DNA from: Pristiophorus japonicus
Taxonomy: Eukaryota
DNA length: 64,000 bases
Direction of reading: 5' to 3'
NCBI RefSeq assembly: GCF_044704955.1
Contig: NC_091990.1
Coordinates: 176,886,001-176,950,000, forward strand
The position numbers and the translations under genes were made by a program. Every line of letters starts with the position of its first letter. The first letter of the stretch is position 1. Positions 12,249-24,443 of the stretch are shown here, one piece after another. The notes beneath the pieces were generated by a model. It did not search any database, was not told where the DNA came from, and was given only the letters and a program-made list of their open reading frames with translations.

Positions 12249-15200
12249 TGTTGTGTAGGCATGCCGATTCACTGTGTGATGTCTGTAACACTGTTATGCA
12301 ACATTGAATGTACCCTTGTACTGTACACACCTTACCGGTACACTAGAGGGTGCTGTTCCTGGAGACCCAGGGGTTGCCTGCACACGGCAGGTAACCCAGT
12401 ATAAAAAGGAACTCACAGCTTGTTGTCACTCAGGAGCTGCTAATAAAGGACTGCAGGTCTGCACAGTTTAAGTACCATACCCTGCCTCGTGGAGTCATTA
12501 CTAAAGGTGCCTACATACACTACAACTGGCAACGGGAATACGGGATCACGAACTGCACGCTCAACATGTCTAACCTCAGCAACTTTCAGCAATTTACAGG
12601 AGGGGGAAGATTGGGACGCTTTTGTGGAAAGATTGGAACACTTCTTTATAGCCAACGACCTGGACGGGGACACACCGACCACATTACCGAACAAACACAG
12701 GGCCATCCTGCTTAGCAGTGTGGGCCCACCATCTACGGTCTCGTCAGGGACTTACTAGCCCTGGAGAAGACAACCACCAAGAGCTATGAGGAACTTGTAA
12801 CAATCATACAGGAACAACTAAAACCGAAAGAAAGCATTCTCACAGCCAGGCACCGGTTCTACACTTACCGGCGACCTGAGGGCCAAGAAATTGCCAAGTA
12901 TGCTGCACACTTAAGAAGACTAGCTGCACCGTGTGAGTTTGGCGACCACATAATGAAGCACTAAGGGACATATTTGTCATCGGAATCGGCCACGAAGGCC
13001 TCCTACACAAATTGCTCTCGGCTGATATCATGGTCACCCTGCAGAAAGCAATTCAAGTGAGCTAGGCCGACATGGTTTTGGCCAGCGACTCCAGGCGAAT
13101 ACTGACCCAGGACTCTAAACCGGCGAGCACAGTGCACCGCATGGGCACTTCTAAAGGCAGAAATGCTGCCCCAAGTCCCGCAACCCTGAGTCCGCCACAT
13201 GGGGGAAACCACAGGGCCACCAGTGCGGCTACAAAGACTATGCATGCAAAGGCTGAGAAGAAAAAGGTCACCTTCAGAGAATGTGCATGAAAGGCTGTAC
13301 TCGCTGTGTCTCTGATGAGTTGGCTAATCACCGGGTCTCCGACACAGATGAAGATAAAGCTGCTCAAACCCTGGAAGAAGAGTAAGGAATCTTTATCTGC
13401 TCCACCGGAAATTCTCCATGGATGATGGAAGTGGACATCGACGGGGTCCCAGTCTCCATGGAGATCGACACAGGGGCGAGCCAGTCTGTGATGAGCCAAA
13501 AGACCTTTGAAAAAATTTGGAGGAATCCTGCCACTCGACCAAAACTGTCTCCTGTCCAGGCAAAGCTGCTCACCTATACCAAAGGTAAAATCCAAATTGT
13601 TGGCAGTGTGGACGTCCAGGTCTCCCAGGATGGTGTGTTGCACAAACTCCCCCTGTGGATTGTAGCCGGCAATGGTCCCACGCTGCTGGGCAGGAATTGG
13701 ATGAACTGGGTCCACATCAGGCGAAGTGGTGCTGTGGAAGAAAAGAGCACCACAGCCTGCCTGCAGCAAGACCACAAAATGGCTACAGCACCACAAGCAT
13801 GTGGAAGAAAGGAGCACCATGGCCTGCCTGCAACAAGACCACAAAATGGTTGCAGCACCACTAGCATATGGAAGAAAAGAGCACTACAAAAATGCTGCAG
13901 CACCACAAGCAGCAGACCTGCATTCAAAATGGCCTCCTCTATGCCACGAGTCAACTTGGAGGAGCATCATGTGACATCGAGCGGTCAATCGGATTTGAAG
14001 GCTCCTTTAAAGAAGACCGGTAACCAAAAAAATTTAAAGGAGAAGTTTCAACAAGGAGGACTTTAAAGCTAAAGATGCAATTAAAGGGTGCAAGTATGAA
14101 AATGTATGCCATGTAACCATGAATTGTGATGCTGGTTTAACTAATGTGACTAATGAGATGAATGCAGGTGTCAGTAAGGTTAAGAACAAGTTTATTATGC
14201 TTAACAATAATGATAGAGATTGTGAAATGCCTAATGTAACCATGGCTGTTGAAACCAGGACACCCAAAAGTGATGCAAGTGCTAGAATGTATAATGCAGG
14301 CTCGACTCTGTGTGATCAGAGCCAAGGTGTCATGTATACCGGTAGGACACTGCTAAAGGACATTGGGTCCTACAGGGACCATGCTGATGCCAATGGAATC
14401 CCCCTGTGGGAGACCCCCAGGTCCAGCAGGCTACCTGACCATGTAGCCTGGACCTTTGGAATGAATGTGATGCCCCTTGCAGGACACACACACGGGCAGT
14501 GGGAGCAGACCCAGGGATAGGGACAGTGGTCAATGGGCAGCCCAGCCACCACCAAATGCAACCTGCACCAGACCAGTCCTACAGCCCCTGGCCACCAAGG
14601 CCAACACCAGAAGTATGAGGCTAATACCCTCCAGCTTCCCTGGCAAACCCTGGGATGACCTGACCCTCATCCCCATTGGTGGACAAGGAGCCCACCCAGT
14701 CTTGTGGCCCTGCCCACCACCCCACAACTACCCACATCAAGTGTATACACACTACCCCACCCACTGCTGCCGTGGCTACCTCCCCGAGGGATCCCACAAC
14801 AGTGACACCCACTTGGTTTGTGTGTGAGGGAGGGGAAACGTACGAGGCCAGCCTCAAGCACAGGGGTCACACCTGGCAACCACACAACTCTCACCACAAC
14901 CTCCCATAGCCCACCACTGATCACCTCCCCTGGTCATGACAACTAGGATATGAAAAATGCTCAGCGGGGGAGTATTGTTGTGTAGGCATGCCGGTTCACT
15001 TTGTGATGTCTGTAACACTGTTATGCAACATTGAATGTACCCTTGTACTGTACACACCTTACTGGTACACTAGAGGGTGCTGTTGCTGGAGACCCAGGGG
15101 TTGCCTGCACACGGCAGGTAACCCAGTATAAAAAGGAACTCACAGCTTGTTGTCATCACTCAGGAGCTGCTAATAAAGGACTGCAGGTCTGCACAGTTTA

Positions 15201-15253
15201 AGTACCATACCCTGCCTCGTGAGTCATTACTAAAGGTGCCTACATACACTACA
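12249..15253 (+). mobile_element. Non-autonomous Gypsy C (gag + protease only), nested in the RT of Gypsy B
   Basis: LTRs 12249-12524 and 14976-15253 (~4 substitutions); TSD GGTTC; PBS TGGCAACGGG; PPT GCGGGGGAG. Gag EDWDAFVERLEHFF and PR MEIDTGASQS present; no RT, RNase H or IN motifs. Confidence 0.92.
13734..13915 (+). repeat. 67-bp tandem repeat (~2.6 copies) inside Gypsy C
   Basis: Unit gtggaagaaaagagcacc..cagcaccacaagcat starts at 13734, 13801 and 13868. Confidence 0.85.
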
Positions 15254-17770
15254 GGTTCCATGCACCGTCGTATTTCAGGACGACATCCTCATCATTGGCC
15301 GCAACACCTCCAAACACCTGCACAACTTGGAAGAAGTTTTAAGTTGACTAAACAGAGTTGGACTCCGGTTGAAATGATCCAAATGTGTCTTCCTGGCACC
15401 AGAGGTAGAATTCCTGGGGAGAAAGATTGAAGCAGATGACATCAGACCCACAGACTCGAAGACAGAGGCCATCAAGAATGCACCTGCACCACGAAATGTA
15501 ATGGAGCTGCGCTCGTTCCTGGGACTCAACTATTTCGATAACTTTCTTCCAGGGTTGAGCACCTTGCTGGAATCGTTGCACAAGCTGTTACGCAAGGGAG
15601 ATGACTGGGCTTGAGGTAAAAATCAAGAGACCACCTTTGAGAAGGCCAGAAACCTGCTGTGTTCGAATAAATTGCTGGTATTATATGACCCATGTAAACG
15701 TCTAGTTTTAGCATGTGATGCGGCATCATACGATGTCGGGTATGTTTTGCAGCAAGCCAATGCAGTGGGCAAGCTCCAACCGGTTCCATATGCATCCAGA
15801 AGCCTATCAAAGGCCGAAAGAGGCCACGGCGTGGTCGAAAAGGAGGCTTTAGCCTATGTTTACAGTGTAAAAAAGATGCACCAATATTTGTTTGGACTCA
15901 GATTCGAGTTAGAGATGGACCACAAGCCCCTAATCTCACTGTTTTTCGAAAGCAAAGGCATAAATACCAATGCTTCGTCTTGAATCCAAAGATGGGCATT
16001 AACACTGCCTACGACTATGTGATCCACCACAGGCCAGGCACTGAAAACTGCACTGATGCTCTCAGCCGATTACTGTTGCCAACCACCAGGGTGGAAATGG
16101 CGCAACCCCCAGACCTGCTACTGGCCACAGATACCTTTGAAAGCGAAGGGTCACCCATAACGGCTCGCCAAAGTAAGACTTGGACCAGCTAGGATCCTCT
16201 GCTATCCCCTGTAAAAAGTTGCGTCCTCAATGGGAGCTGGTCAGCGGTCTCTAGAGACATGCAAGACGAGATCAAGCCGTTTCACTGTTGTAAAGACGAA
16301 ATGTCAATCCATTCAGATTGCCTCTTATGGGGCAACCGCGTTATCTTGCCAAAGAAAGGCAGGGAAACCTTCATACGTGACCTACACAGCACCCACCCAG
16401 GCATAGTCATGATGAAGGCTATCGCCAGGTCCCACGTCTGGTGGCCCGGCATTGACTCGGTCTTGGAGTCGTTCGTGCACCAGTGTAACACATGCTCACA
16501 ACTGAGCAATGCTCCCAGGGAGGCTCCACTTAGTCTCTGGTCTTGGCCCTCAAAACTATGGTCCAGGATCCATGTGGATTATGCGGGCCCCTTTCTGGGA
16601 AAGATGTTCCTGGTTGTTGTGGACGCCTACTCCAAATGGATTGAATGTGCAATAATGGCACCCAGCACGTCTGCAGCCACCATTGAAAGCCTCAGGGCCA
16701 TGTTTGCCACCCATGGCTTACCCGACATTCTTGTCAGCGACAATGGTCCGTGCTTCACCAGCTCGGAATTCAATGAATTCATGACCCGTAATGGCATCAA
16801 GCATGTCAGATCTGCCCCGTTCAAGCCCACATCCAACGGCCAAGCGGAGCAGGCAGTCCAAACCATAAAGCAGAGCTTGAAATATGTCAAGGAAGGCTCC
16901 TTACAAACCCACCTGTCCCGGGTACTGCTCAGCTACAGGACATGACCCCACTCACCCTGCAGCATTACTAATGAAACGAGCACTCAAAACCAGGCTCTCC
17001 TTAGTCCACCCTGACCTCATTGATCAGGTGGAAACCAGGCGTTATCAGCAAAACACGTGCCAAAACGTACCATGATCGCGCAGCTGTATCACGCGACATC
17101 ACTGTAAATTACCCTGTGTTTGTGCTGAATTATGGTCAGGGCCCTAAATGAGTCGCCGGCACTGTATTAGCCAAGGAGGGGAATAGAGTGTTTGTTGTCA
17201 AGCTGCTTTAACGGTCAAATGTGCAGAAAACATTTGGACCAAACCAAATTATGATTCATAGATAACCAGGAACCACCGGAAGAGGATCTCATCTTCAACG
17301 ACCCACCGACACACACCCAATCGACAACAGACCTCGCTGCCAACCACGAGGATGATCCCACCATCCCCAACAGTCCAGCCCAACCAGTCACGCTGCAAGA
17401 CAGCAGTGGCCCAACCAACTCACCCAGGCCAGAAGCGACACTCAGACGGTCAACCAGGGAGCGCAGGGCTCTGGGTCGCCTTAACCTGTAATCAACTCGC
17501 ATCAAAGACTTTGGGGGGGGGGGGAAATTATGTCATGTATGCAAACTATTTGTATTCACTATGTAACTATGTACGATGTCCCACCTGAGGGCGTTGCTGT
17601 TGGAGGCCCCAGGGTTTTCCTGCCCTGGTGTGCAGGGGCATATAAAAGGCAGCCAGCCATGCTGCCCCTCACTTTGCAGTCGTATTAAATGGACTGAAGT
17701 CACACAGCTCTTACTCACAGTACAAAGCCTCATGGAGTTATTCGATGGTAATTGCAGACATAATAAAAAC

Positions 17771-18170
17771 ATCTAAAGTCCCTGAATGCTGTTTGCGTGG
17801 ATTGGAAACTAACGGAATGGTTTAGATCTACAGTTGGGGTGAGATAAGAATGCAGTCACCTGATTAATTTAACCTAGTACTAGAAACTAAATAACTTTGC
17901 ATTAAAAGATGATATTGGAGGACTCTCCTTATCTGGCAAGGTTTTAAACAATCTCAGATTTGCTGATGACATTGACCTTACAGCAACATGTAAAATAGAT
18001 TTCAGAGACTAACTGTTCTATGTGGAGAGTAGAACATTTTGATTACACATTAACAAAAATAAGACCACGGTCATGTAATTTGGGAAGTATCAGGAAGATA
18101 TACACATAACAGTTGGAAGGGATGCAGTTGAACAGGTGAAAACATTTGTATACCTTGGTGGTTAATGGCA
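17771..18170 (+). mobile_element. Old RTE-like LINE ORF2 fragment, right half
   Basis: Degenerate STVGVR, LRFADDIDL, INKNKT, EQVKTFVYLG. Confidence 0.72.
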
Positions 18171-18194
18171 GAGAAGGGGAGTGGTGAAGACAAT

Positions 18195-19430
18195 AACAAC
18201 TTGCATTTATATAGCACCTTTAATATAGTAAAACGTTTCAAGGCGCTTCACAGGAGCGTTATCAAACAAAAGTTGACACAGAGCCACATAAGGCATAATT
18301 GGCCCATAATTTGCAGTCAGTGGCAAAGTATAAAGGCGTTCACGGCTAGTCCCGAGGAAAGCTGCCCACAAAGATCTTGTGATCTCTGTGGCAAGAAGTT
18401 CGATGTGCAGTTGAGATCAGTGTAGTGCAGTGGGAATCCCATAGCAGGATCTGCTGTGATGTCAATAAACTGTCTAAGCAGCCAATCACAGTGCAGAATT
18501 CTCACAGACAGGGAAGCAGTAAGTGGAGAAGTGCTTTTATTCTGACTTTTTAAAAATGCTATAGAGAGCAATCTAAATATTGGAGCTCTCACATGGAAAA
18601 AGGTAAAATGGAAATATGAAAAATCTTAAATATATAATAAAAAAAAAATGTCTTAAACATTATAATTTTTATTATAATGGAGAAATTTGACAAGCCACAA
18701 TATAAAAATTAGGTTTTCAGGGTGATAAAGTTTGTTTAATAGTCAATACGCTATTAAAACACGAGTTACACCTAATCCAACAAGGTCTAACTTTTAATGG
18801 AGTATTTAACAGATATTACTGCTGAAAAGCCCAATGTTTTATCAGTTTGATTACACTGATTGCTGGCTATGGGGGGGCCTGGGGTTGGGGGGGGTCGGGT
18901 GACTGGGGTGATGTGGAGATCCACAGCACAACCAGTGTCGGAGCAAAAAATGACTGATCGCAACTTCAGGATTTACGCGTGTGGATGCGCATGTGCTGCA
19001 TCCTGAAGTTGCGGTCAGTTTCAAAAGGGGAATAACAGCGTGTGCTGACAGTACACCATCATTACCCACCACAAATTCTAGGGCCATTATGACGGGTGAA
19101 AGAGGTAGGTTTTACAGAGTGTCTTAAAAGAGGAGAGATAGAGAGGCAGAAAGGTTTATGGGAAGAATGCCAGTGCTTAGGGCCTAGACAGCTGGAGGTA
19201 TGGCCACCAATGGTGGGGGCCAATCGGGGAAGTGCAAGAATTTGAGGAGCGCAGAGATCTCGGACGGTTGTAGGGCTGAAGGAGGTTACAGAAATAGGGG
19301 GGAACAAGGCCATGGAGTGATTTGAAAACAAAGATGTGAATTTTAAAATCGAGGTGTTGCTGAATGTAGGTCAGCGAGCACAGGGGTAATGGGTGAATGG
19401 GACACGGAGCAAGTTAGCAGAGTTTTGGAT
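18195..19430 (-). mobile_element. L2-type LINE 3' end, interrupted by a MITE; related copies at 28470-28830 and 30410-30680
   Basis: Terminus aacaacttgcatttatatagc and downstream sequence shared among the copies. Confidence 0.55.
18301..19085. mobile_element. PIF/Harbinger-type non-autonomous element (MITE)
   Basis: Imperfect TIRs ggcccataatttg / caaattctagggcc; 3-bp TSD ATT on both sides; flanking L2 sequence resumes after it. Confidence 0.65.
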
Positions 19431-19434
19431 GAGC

Positions 19435-20400
19435 TCCAGGATGTTGATGGTGTGGGATTTGATGATAATGCCGTTGAATGTCAAGGGGAGGTGCTTAGAC
19501 TTTCTCAGAGATAGTCATTGCCTGGCACTTTTATGGCACGAATGTTACTTGCCACTTATCAGCCCAAACCTGAATGTCATCTGGGTCCTGCTACATGCAA
19601 GCACAGACTGCTTAAGAATCTGAGGAGTTGCAAATGAAACTGAGCAATCATCCGCCAACATTCCCACTTCTGATCTTAGGTTGGAGGAAAGGTCATTGAT
19701 GAAGCAGCTGAAGATTGTTGGGCCTAGGACACTGCCCTGAGGAACTCCTGCAGTGATGTCCTGGAGCTTAGATTATTGACCTCCGACAACTACAATCATC
19801 TTCCTTTGTGCTAGGTATGACTCCAGCCAGTGGAGCGTTTTCCCCGTGATTCCCATTGACTTCAATTTTACTTGGGCTCCTTGATGCCACACTCAAGTCA
19901 ACAGCTGCCTTGATGTCAAGGGCAGTCACTCTCAACTCATCTCTGGAATTCAGCTCTTTTGTATATGTTTGGACCAAAGCTGTAATGAGGTCTGGGGCCG
20001 AGTGGAGTTGGAGGAACCCAAACTGAGCATTGATAAGCTGGTTATTGTGAGTAAGTGCTGCTTGGTAGCACTGTCCACAACCCCTTCTATCAGTTTAATG
20101 ATGATTGAGAGTAGGCTGATGGGGTGGAAATTTGCCGGATTGGATTTGTCCTGCTTTTCGTGGACAGGACATTCCTGGGCAATTTTCCACTTTGTCGGGC
20201 AGATGCTAGTATTGTAGCTTTACTGGAACATCTTGACTCGAGGCATGGCTAGTTCTGGAGCACAAGGCTTCAACACTACAGCCGGGATGTTGTTGTGACC
20301 TATAGCCCTTGCTGTATCCAGTATGCTCCGCCATTTCTTGATCTCATGTGGAGTGAATCGAATTGGCTGAAGACCGGCTTCTGTGATGGTGGGGACCTTA
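19435..20400 (-). mobile_element. CR1/L2-group LINE RT fragment
   Basis: Minus-strand PISLLS, AQFGF, RVTALDIKAA, GVPQGSVLGP, FINDL. Confidence 0.8.
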
Positions 20401-22930
20401 GGAGAAGAATGTTATAACTCACATATCAAGGACTCCATTTATGCAGTTGCAAGATTGCAAGCCTCAGCAAGACTAGACTGAAGTTCCCCAGCTGCTTCAG
20501 TGTGTTGTATCTCTTATTGGTTTAATTATGTAGAACAAATGTCTGTACCATATGGCTTCATGTTCGATGTGTATACTGCTGATACAACTGTTACCATTTG
20601 ATGTCTCAGGTTGTTTATTTCACTCTGGACATTCTACACGGGTGCCCATTAGTTCTCTGTAGCACTGAAGTCTTATCTCTTCCCAGTACATTCATAATAC
20701 AACCAATTTTCTCTGTAAGCACTTCAGGCATTCCACGCAACTGGCTTACCAGCTTTTCAATACAAAAACTGTGTATGCGTGGTATTTTGAATGGTACATG
20801 CAGTCTCTTAAAGGGGCTGCAAGGTGTCCAAAAAATTAGAGGGAACATTGAACACAACCGTTCTTCATATGAGATTACTCCCTTCAGTATCCTTGACGGA
20901 TTTACTATATTTCTTATCCCTTCTCATGGATGGTTAATGAGGTAATATGTCTCCTATATTCCAGGCCTGATCTTGTATAGTCATTACAACCACTATAGAA
21001 TCCATCTTTAATATTAGAACATATCATTTATATTAACAAAGGCTTATTATGACTATTCTACCGGTGCACCTATATTTACAAGTTGCTTGAAGGAGGAGAT
21101 GGTACCAGACGTATAGGGTGAGAGACCAAGATGATAAAAGCACACCACCACCACCTGGACTCAATGTCCTGCAAAATGCAAGTGCTTCGGTGGTATGTTT
21201 TTACAATAGATGGAAGAGAATATACAAAATGGCAATGCCTCTGAATAATTGGCTGCGAGAAGTGCAAGGGTATTGCCTGATCATTAATATTGAATTAAAA
21301 GATTCTCTGCAAAAATAATCCATCTGCAATCTGGGCTCTACACTGAAACCATTGAGAATTTTAAGTTGGAGCTGAATGAGAATCTGGAATTTTTACACCA
21401 GGGTAAAAACATGATTGCAGTCCATCTTTGTATCAAGGTTACTGTGCATGGAGGATGCCTTCATGCTGCACTGAGCAGTACTGGTGCATCCTGAGAAATG
21501 AGGTACGCTGCACAATCAGAATTCAGCTGATAGTGTCACAACTCCAAACAAAAATATCAAATCCAAGTGCAATCTTTTGTGAGGTTAAGGAAGTCAAGTG
21601 AAACCTTTGTGATATAAAAGACAATTCAATGGATAAATGTAATTTTTATTATGAAATATATTTTTAACATTTTGTTTAACCCCTTAGAAATGTTAAAACT
21701 GGAAATTTCAGTTACAAAGAAAACATGGCAGATGACAAACTTTCAGGTGAGAGATTGAAGCCAGTTTAGACTTCAAATAGTGTTGTTAGCCTTGTTTAAA
21801 GTGTTATTAATAAATAAAGTGCATGCAGATGAACACTATTCTTACACAGTGGCTGTATAAAATTGGCAGACCTATTATACCATACCTATCTTTTTCACCC
21901 CTGTACTCATTTTTAGCACAGTTTCTGAAAGGACTTTGTTTTCTTCTTCTGGTTCAAATTTCCTCTCAGTTCACCGAGAGTCTTGGATATCCTGTTTTAT
22001 CTTTGATTTTCCTTGTGTTCACATTGAATTCAACATGGGCAGAAAATGCAGAATTTTCTTACATTGATAAAAAACAGAAATTGCTGGAAACACTCAGCAG
22101 GTCAGGCAGAATATATGGAGGGAATAAACAAGTCAACATTTTGTTTCTGCACACTTTATCAAAACTGTCTTGAAACTATCTTGATTAGTTAATTCTCTCT
22201 TTGATAATCTCCAGTTCCAAAGCGGATGATGTAGATAATAGATTTGTTCACATCTCCGAAACAATGTCCTCTTGGCTCAGATAATGCATCAAACCAGCAC
22301 CAATGTCAAGAAGAAATAACATCTCCAGGTGACCAGATTAGCTGGTGCTGGTTGGTCTTCGTAAGGTTGAACTTGTTTTGTGATTTAAACAGAATGTATT
22401 TTACATATACATAGCTGTCCAACTCTTCTCTACCTCAGAGGAAAGAGTGCTAGCACTGAGCAAAGGCTGACACTTCAAATAATAAGTGAAGTAAAATGAA
22501 TTATACTAAATGACCACGAGGAGCAGCAACCAATGCAGATCAATTCTCGGCTTCTTCAACAACAAAAGAAATGTAGTGTGGCGAGTAAACAGCTAAATTG
22601 ACACGGTCAACAGGTTCATTTGATGCACTTGGGGTCTCTCTGACATCAGAAGTCCAACATGATCTTATAGTAGAAGATTATCTTCATGTGGTAGCAGTGA
22701 AACAGAACGTGCCGTAACACTTGAGGGTCTGCTATTCATGTGGATTCTCTGTGCAAAGACAACAAAACACCTTAACATTCAAGTATTGTTGTAGAATAAT
22801 TTAATTTTCGCATCAATGAATGTCATACACTTCGTGACCAAGGGGACTAGTAGCTAGTTGATTGCTAGTAATTTGTAAAGCCAATTATCTTGGTGCCGAA
22901 AGTCTAGGCATGAAGACTGCTATGGCCACC

Positions 22931-23240
22931 ATAAGAACATAAGAAATAGGAACAGGAATAGGCCATACGGCCCCTCGTGCCTGCTCCGCCATTCAATAAG
23001 ATCATGGCCGATCTGATCATGAACTCAGCTCCACTTCCCCGCCCGCTCCCCATAACCACTTATCGTTTAAGAAACTGTCTGTACCTGTCTTAAATTTATT
23101 CAATGTCCCAGCTTCCACAGCTCTCTGAGGCAGTGAATTCCACAGATTTAAAACCCTCAGAGAGAAGAAATTTCTCCTCATCTCAGTTTTAAATGGGCGG
23201 CCCCTTATTCTAAGATTGCGCCCTCTAGTTCTAGTCTCAG
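22931..23240 (-). mobile_element. CR1 LINE 3' end; further short tails at ~23962-24030, 25110-25275 and 29755-29830
   Basis: Tail cataagaacataagaaatagg plus a 3' UTR matching 36330-36420. Confidence 0.85.
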
Positions 23241-23629
23241 TGGAAACTTGCCTCGAGAGGGCATAGAATTCTATGGGCTTTGGAAATAATACACCCTCAA
23301 AAGGATTACAATGATGGTATTAAGTCCTCAGATTTCCAGTAGTACATCTACCATATCAGTATCAAATTTTTGTGCTTTTAATTTTCTCATTGCTTATATT
23401 TCAGTGTTGGGAGTATTCTCATTCGTAGTAGAATGCCTGTTGATTGGTAGCTGTGTGGGGAAACTTCTTGTGCAGACTGTTAGTGTCCTATTCTGAGCAG
23501 TTGAAATAGCAAAAGGTTCTCAGAGCACTCTTTTTGAAGAGGTTTTGGGGGTCATTTTTTTGTGCTCTTATCAGTTGGGCACCAGAAAATTTTTTTCAAT
23601 TTTGTCATCCCGTGCCAGCAAACGAACAC

Positions 23630-23910
23630 TCGTTGGATGTGTTTGCAATGGACTAAAACTCTTCTACTCTGCCCCAACACTGTACCTCACTATTCACCTC
23701 AGAGAGGTACCACTGCGCATCATTGTAAACTTCCAATTTCCCACACAGCATTCCTGCTGGTCTCGGGAGTGAGATTGCTAATTCTGTGCCAAAATTAAGG
23801 GCATTCATACTCATTTCACACATTCCGCTAGCAGACAGAGCGGAATCTGGACTGCATTCAAATCCAGACTTCATAGGTGAAAAGATAGTGCTAACCCAGT
23901 GAATCACCTA
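23630..23910 (-). mobile_element. Ancient tRNA-head SINE resembling LF-SINE
   Basis: Blocks tttcacct, tttgaatgcagtccag, tgtgaaatgagt, ttggcac and tgaggtacagtgttggggcag occur in the order of the LF-SINE consensus as I recall it. Confidence 0.5.
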
Positions 23911-24101
23911 TTCTATCGTGACCATGTTTATTTCATACCCTTTATGCTTAAATGTACTGAGAACATAAGAAATAGGAGCAGGATGTAGGCCATTTGGCCC
24001 ATCGAGCCTGCTCCGCCATTTAATAAGATCATTGTTTAGTGCTTCCCCAATCCAACAACTTAATACTGAGATCAACAACAGGTTACATTTTGGAGGCTTA
24101 C

Positions 24102-24443
24102 CTGACACCTGCATTTCTGAACTCTTTTCTATCTTATCAGGAGTGACAAATACAACACAAGTGTATTCTCCTTCTTCATTAAACTGTATGTTTGGAAGAT
24201 GAAGTGAAGCATCTCCTTTCTGTAATTCGGTTTCAGACATTTTTGCTCCAGGTCTTTTTGGGTCATGGGCTCCTCCATTAAAGACATAGATCAGTTTCCT
24301 TAGGGGCCCAAAGAATCACTGGACACCTATATTTGTTAGGTCGAGTGTTGATGCCTTATAGCCGGAAATTTTACATTCCAGGGAAACATCTTCATTCACT
24401 AACACATTCTTTGGTCTTGCAAATATGTTCACATCCAAGATTT
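24102..24443 (-). pseudogene. NCR3LG1: NCR3LG1 (B7-H6)-like Ig V-set exon with nonsense codon
   Basis: 342-bp phase 1/1 exon (tatttag| .. |gtaag). Translation ILDVNIFARPKNVLVNEDVSLECKISGY..IGVQ*FF..RPGAKMSETELQKGDASLHLPNIQFNEEGEYTCVVFVTPDK matches the B7-H6 pattern RPGA..GDASL.LP.IQ..E.GEY.C.V.VTP. TGA at 24316-24318. Confidence 0.88.

Larger units (their letters stand above)
3179..17765 (+). mobile_element. Gypsy LTR retrotransposon B, internally deleted; host of ERV-1 and Gypsy C
   Basis: 5' LTR 3179-3190 + 10882-11105 (split by ERV-1); 3' LTR 17531-17765; TSD AAAAC (3174-3178 / 17766-17770); PBS TGGCGACGAG at 11107. Gag motif DDWDAFMERL, RT WASPIVPV..CGDYK, RNase H, and IN ORF 16259-16945. 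Confidence 0.95.

Noticed and set aside
21430-21540. Minus-strand YCSVQHEGI resembling a C1-set F strand
   Set aside because: Flanked by stops, with no B-strand Cys, FYP or Trp upstream; likely chance.
24316-24318. Selenocysteine or readthrough at the V-exon TGA
   Set aside because: The position is the structural Ig Trp, the context TGA-TTC is not leaky, and no SECIS was seen.
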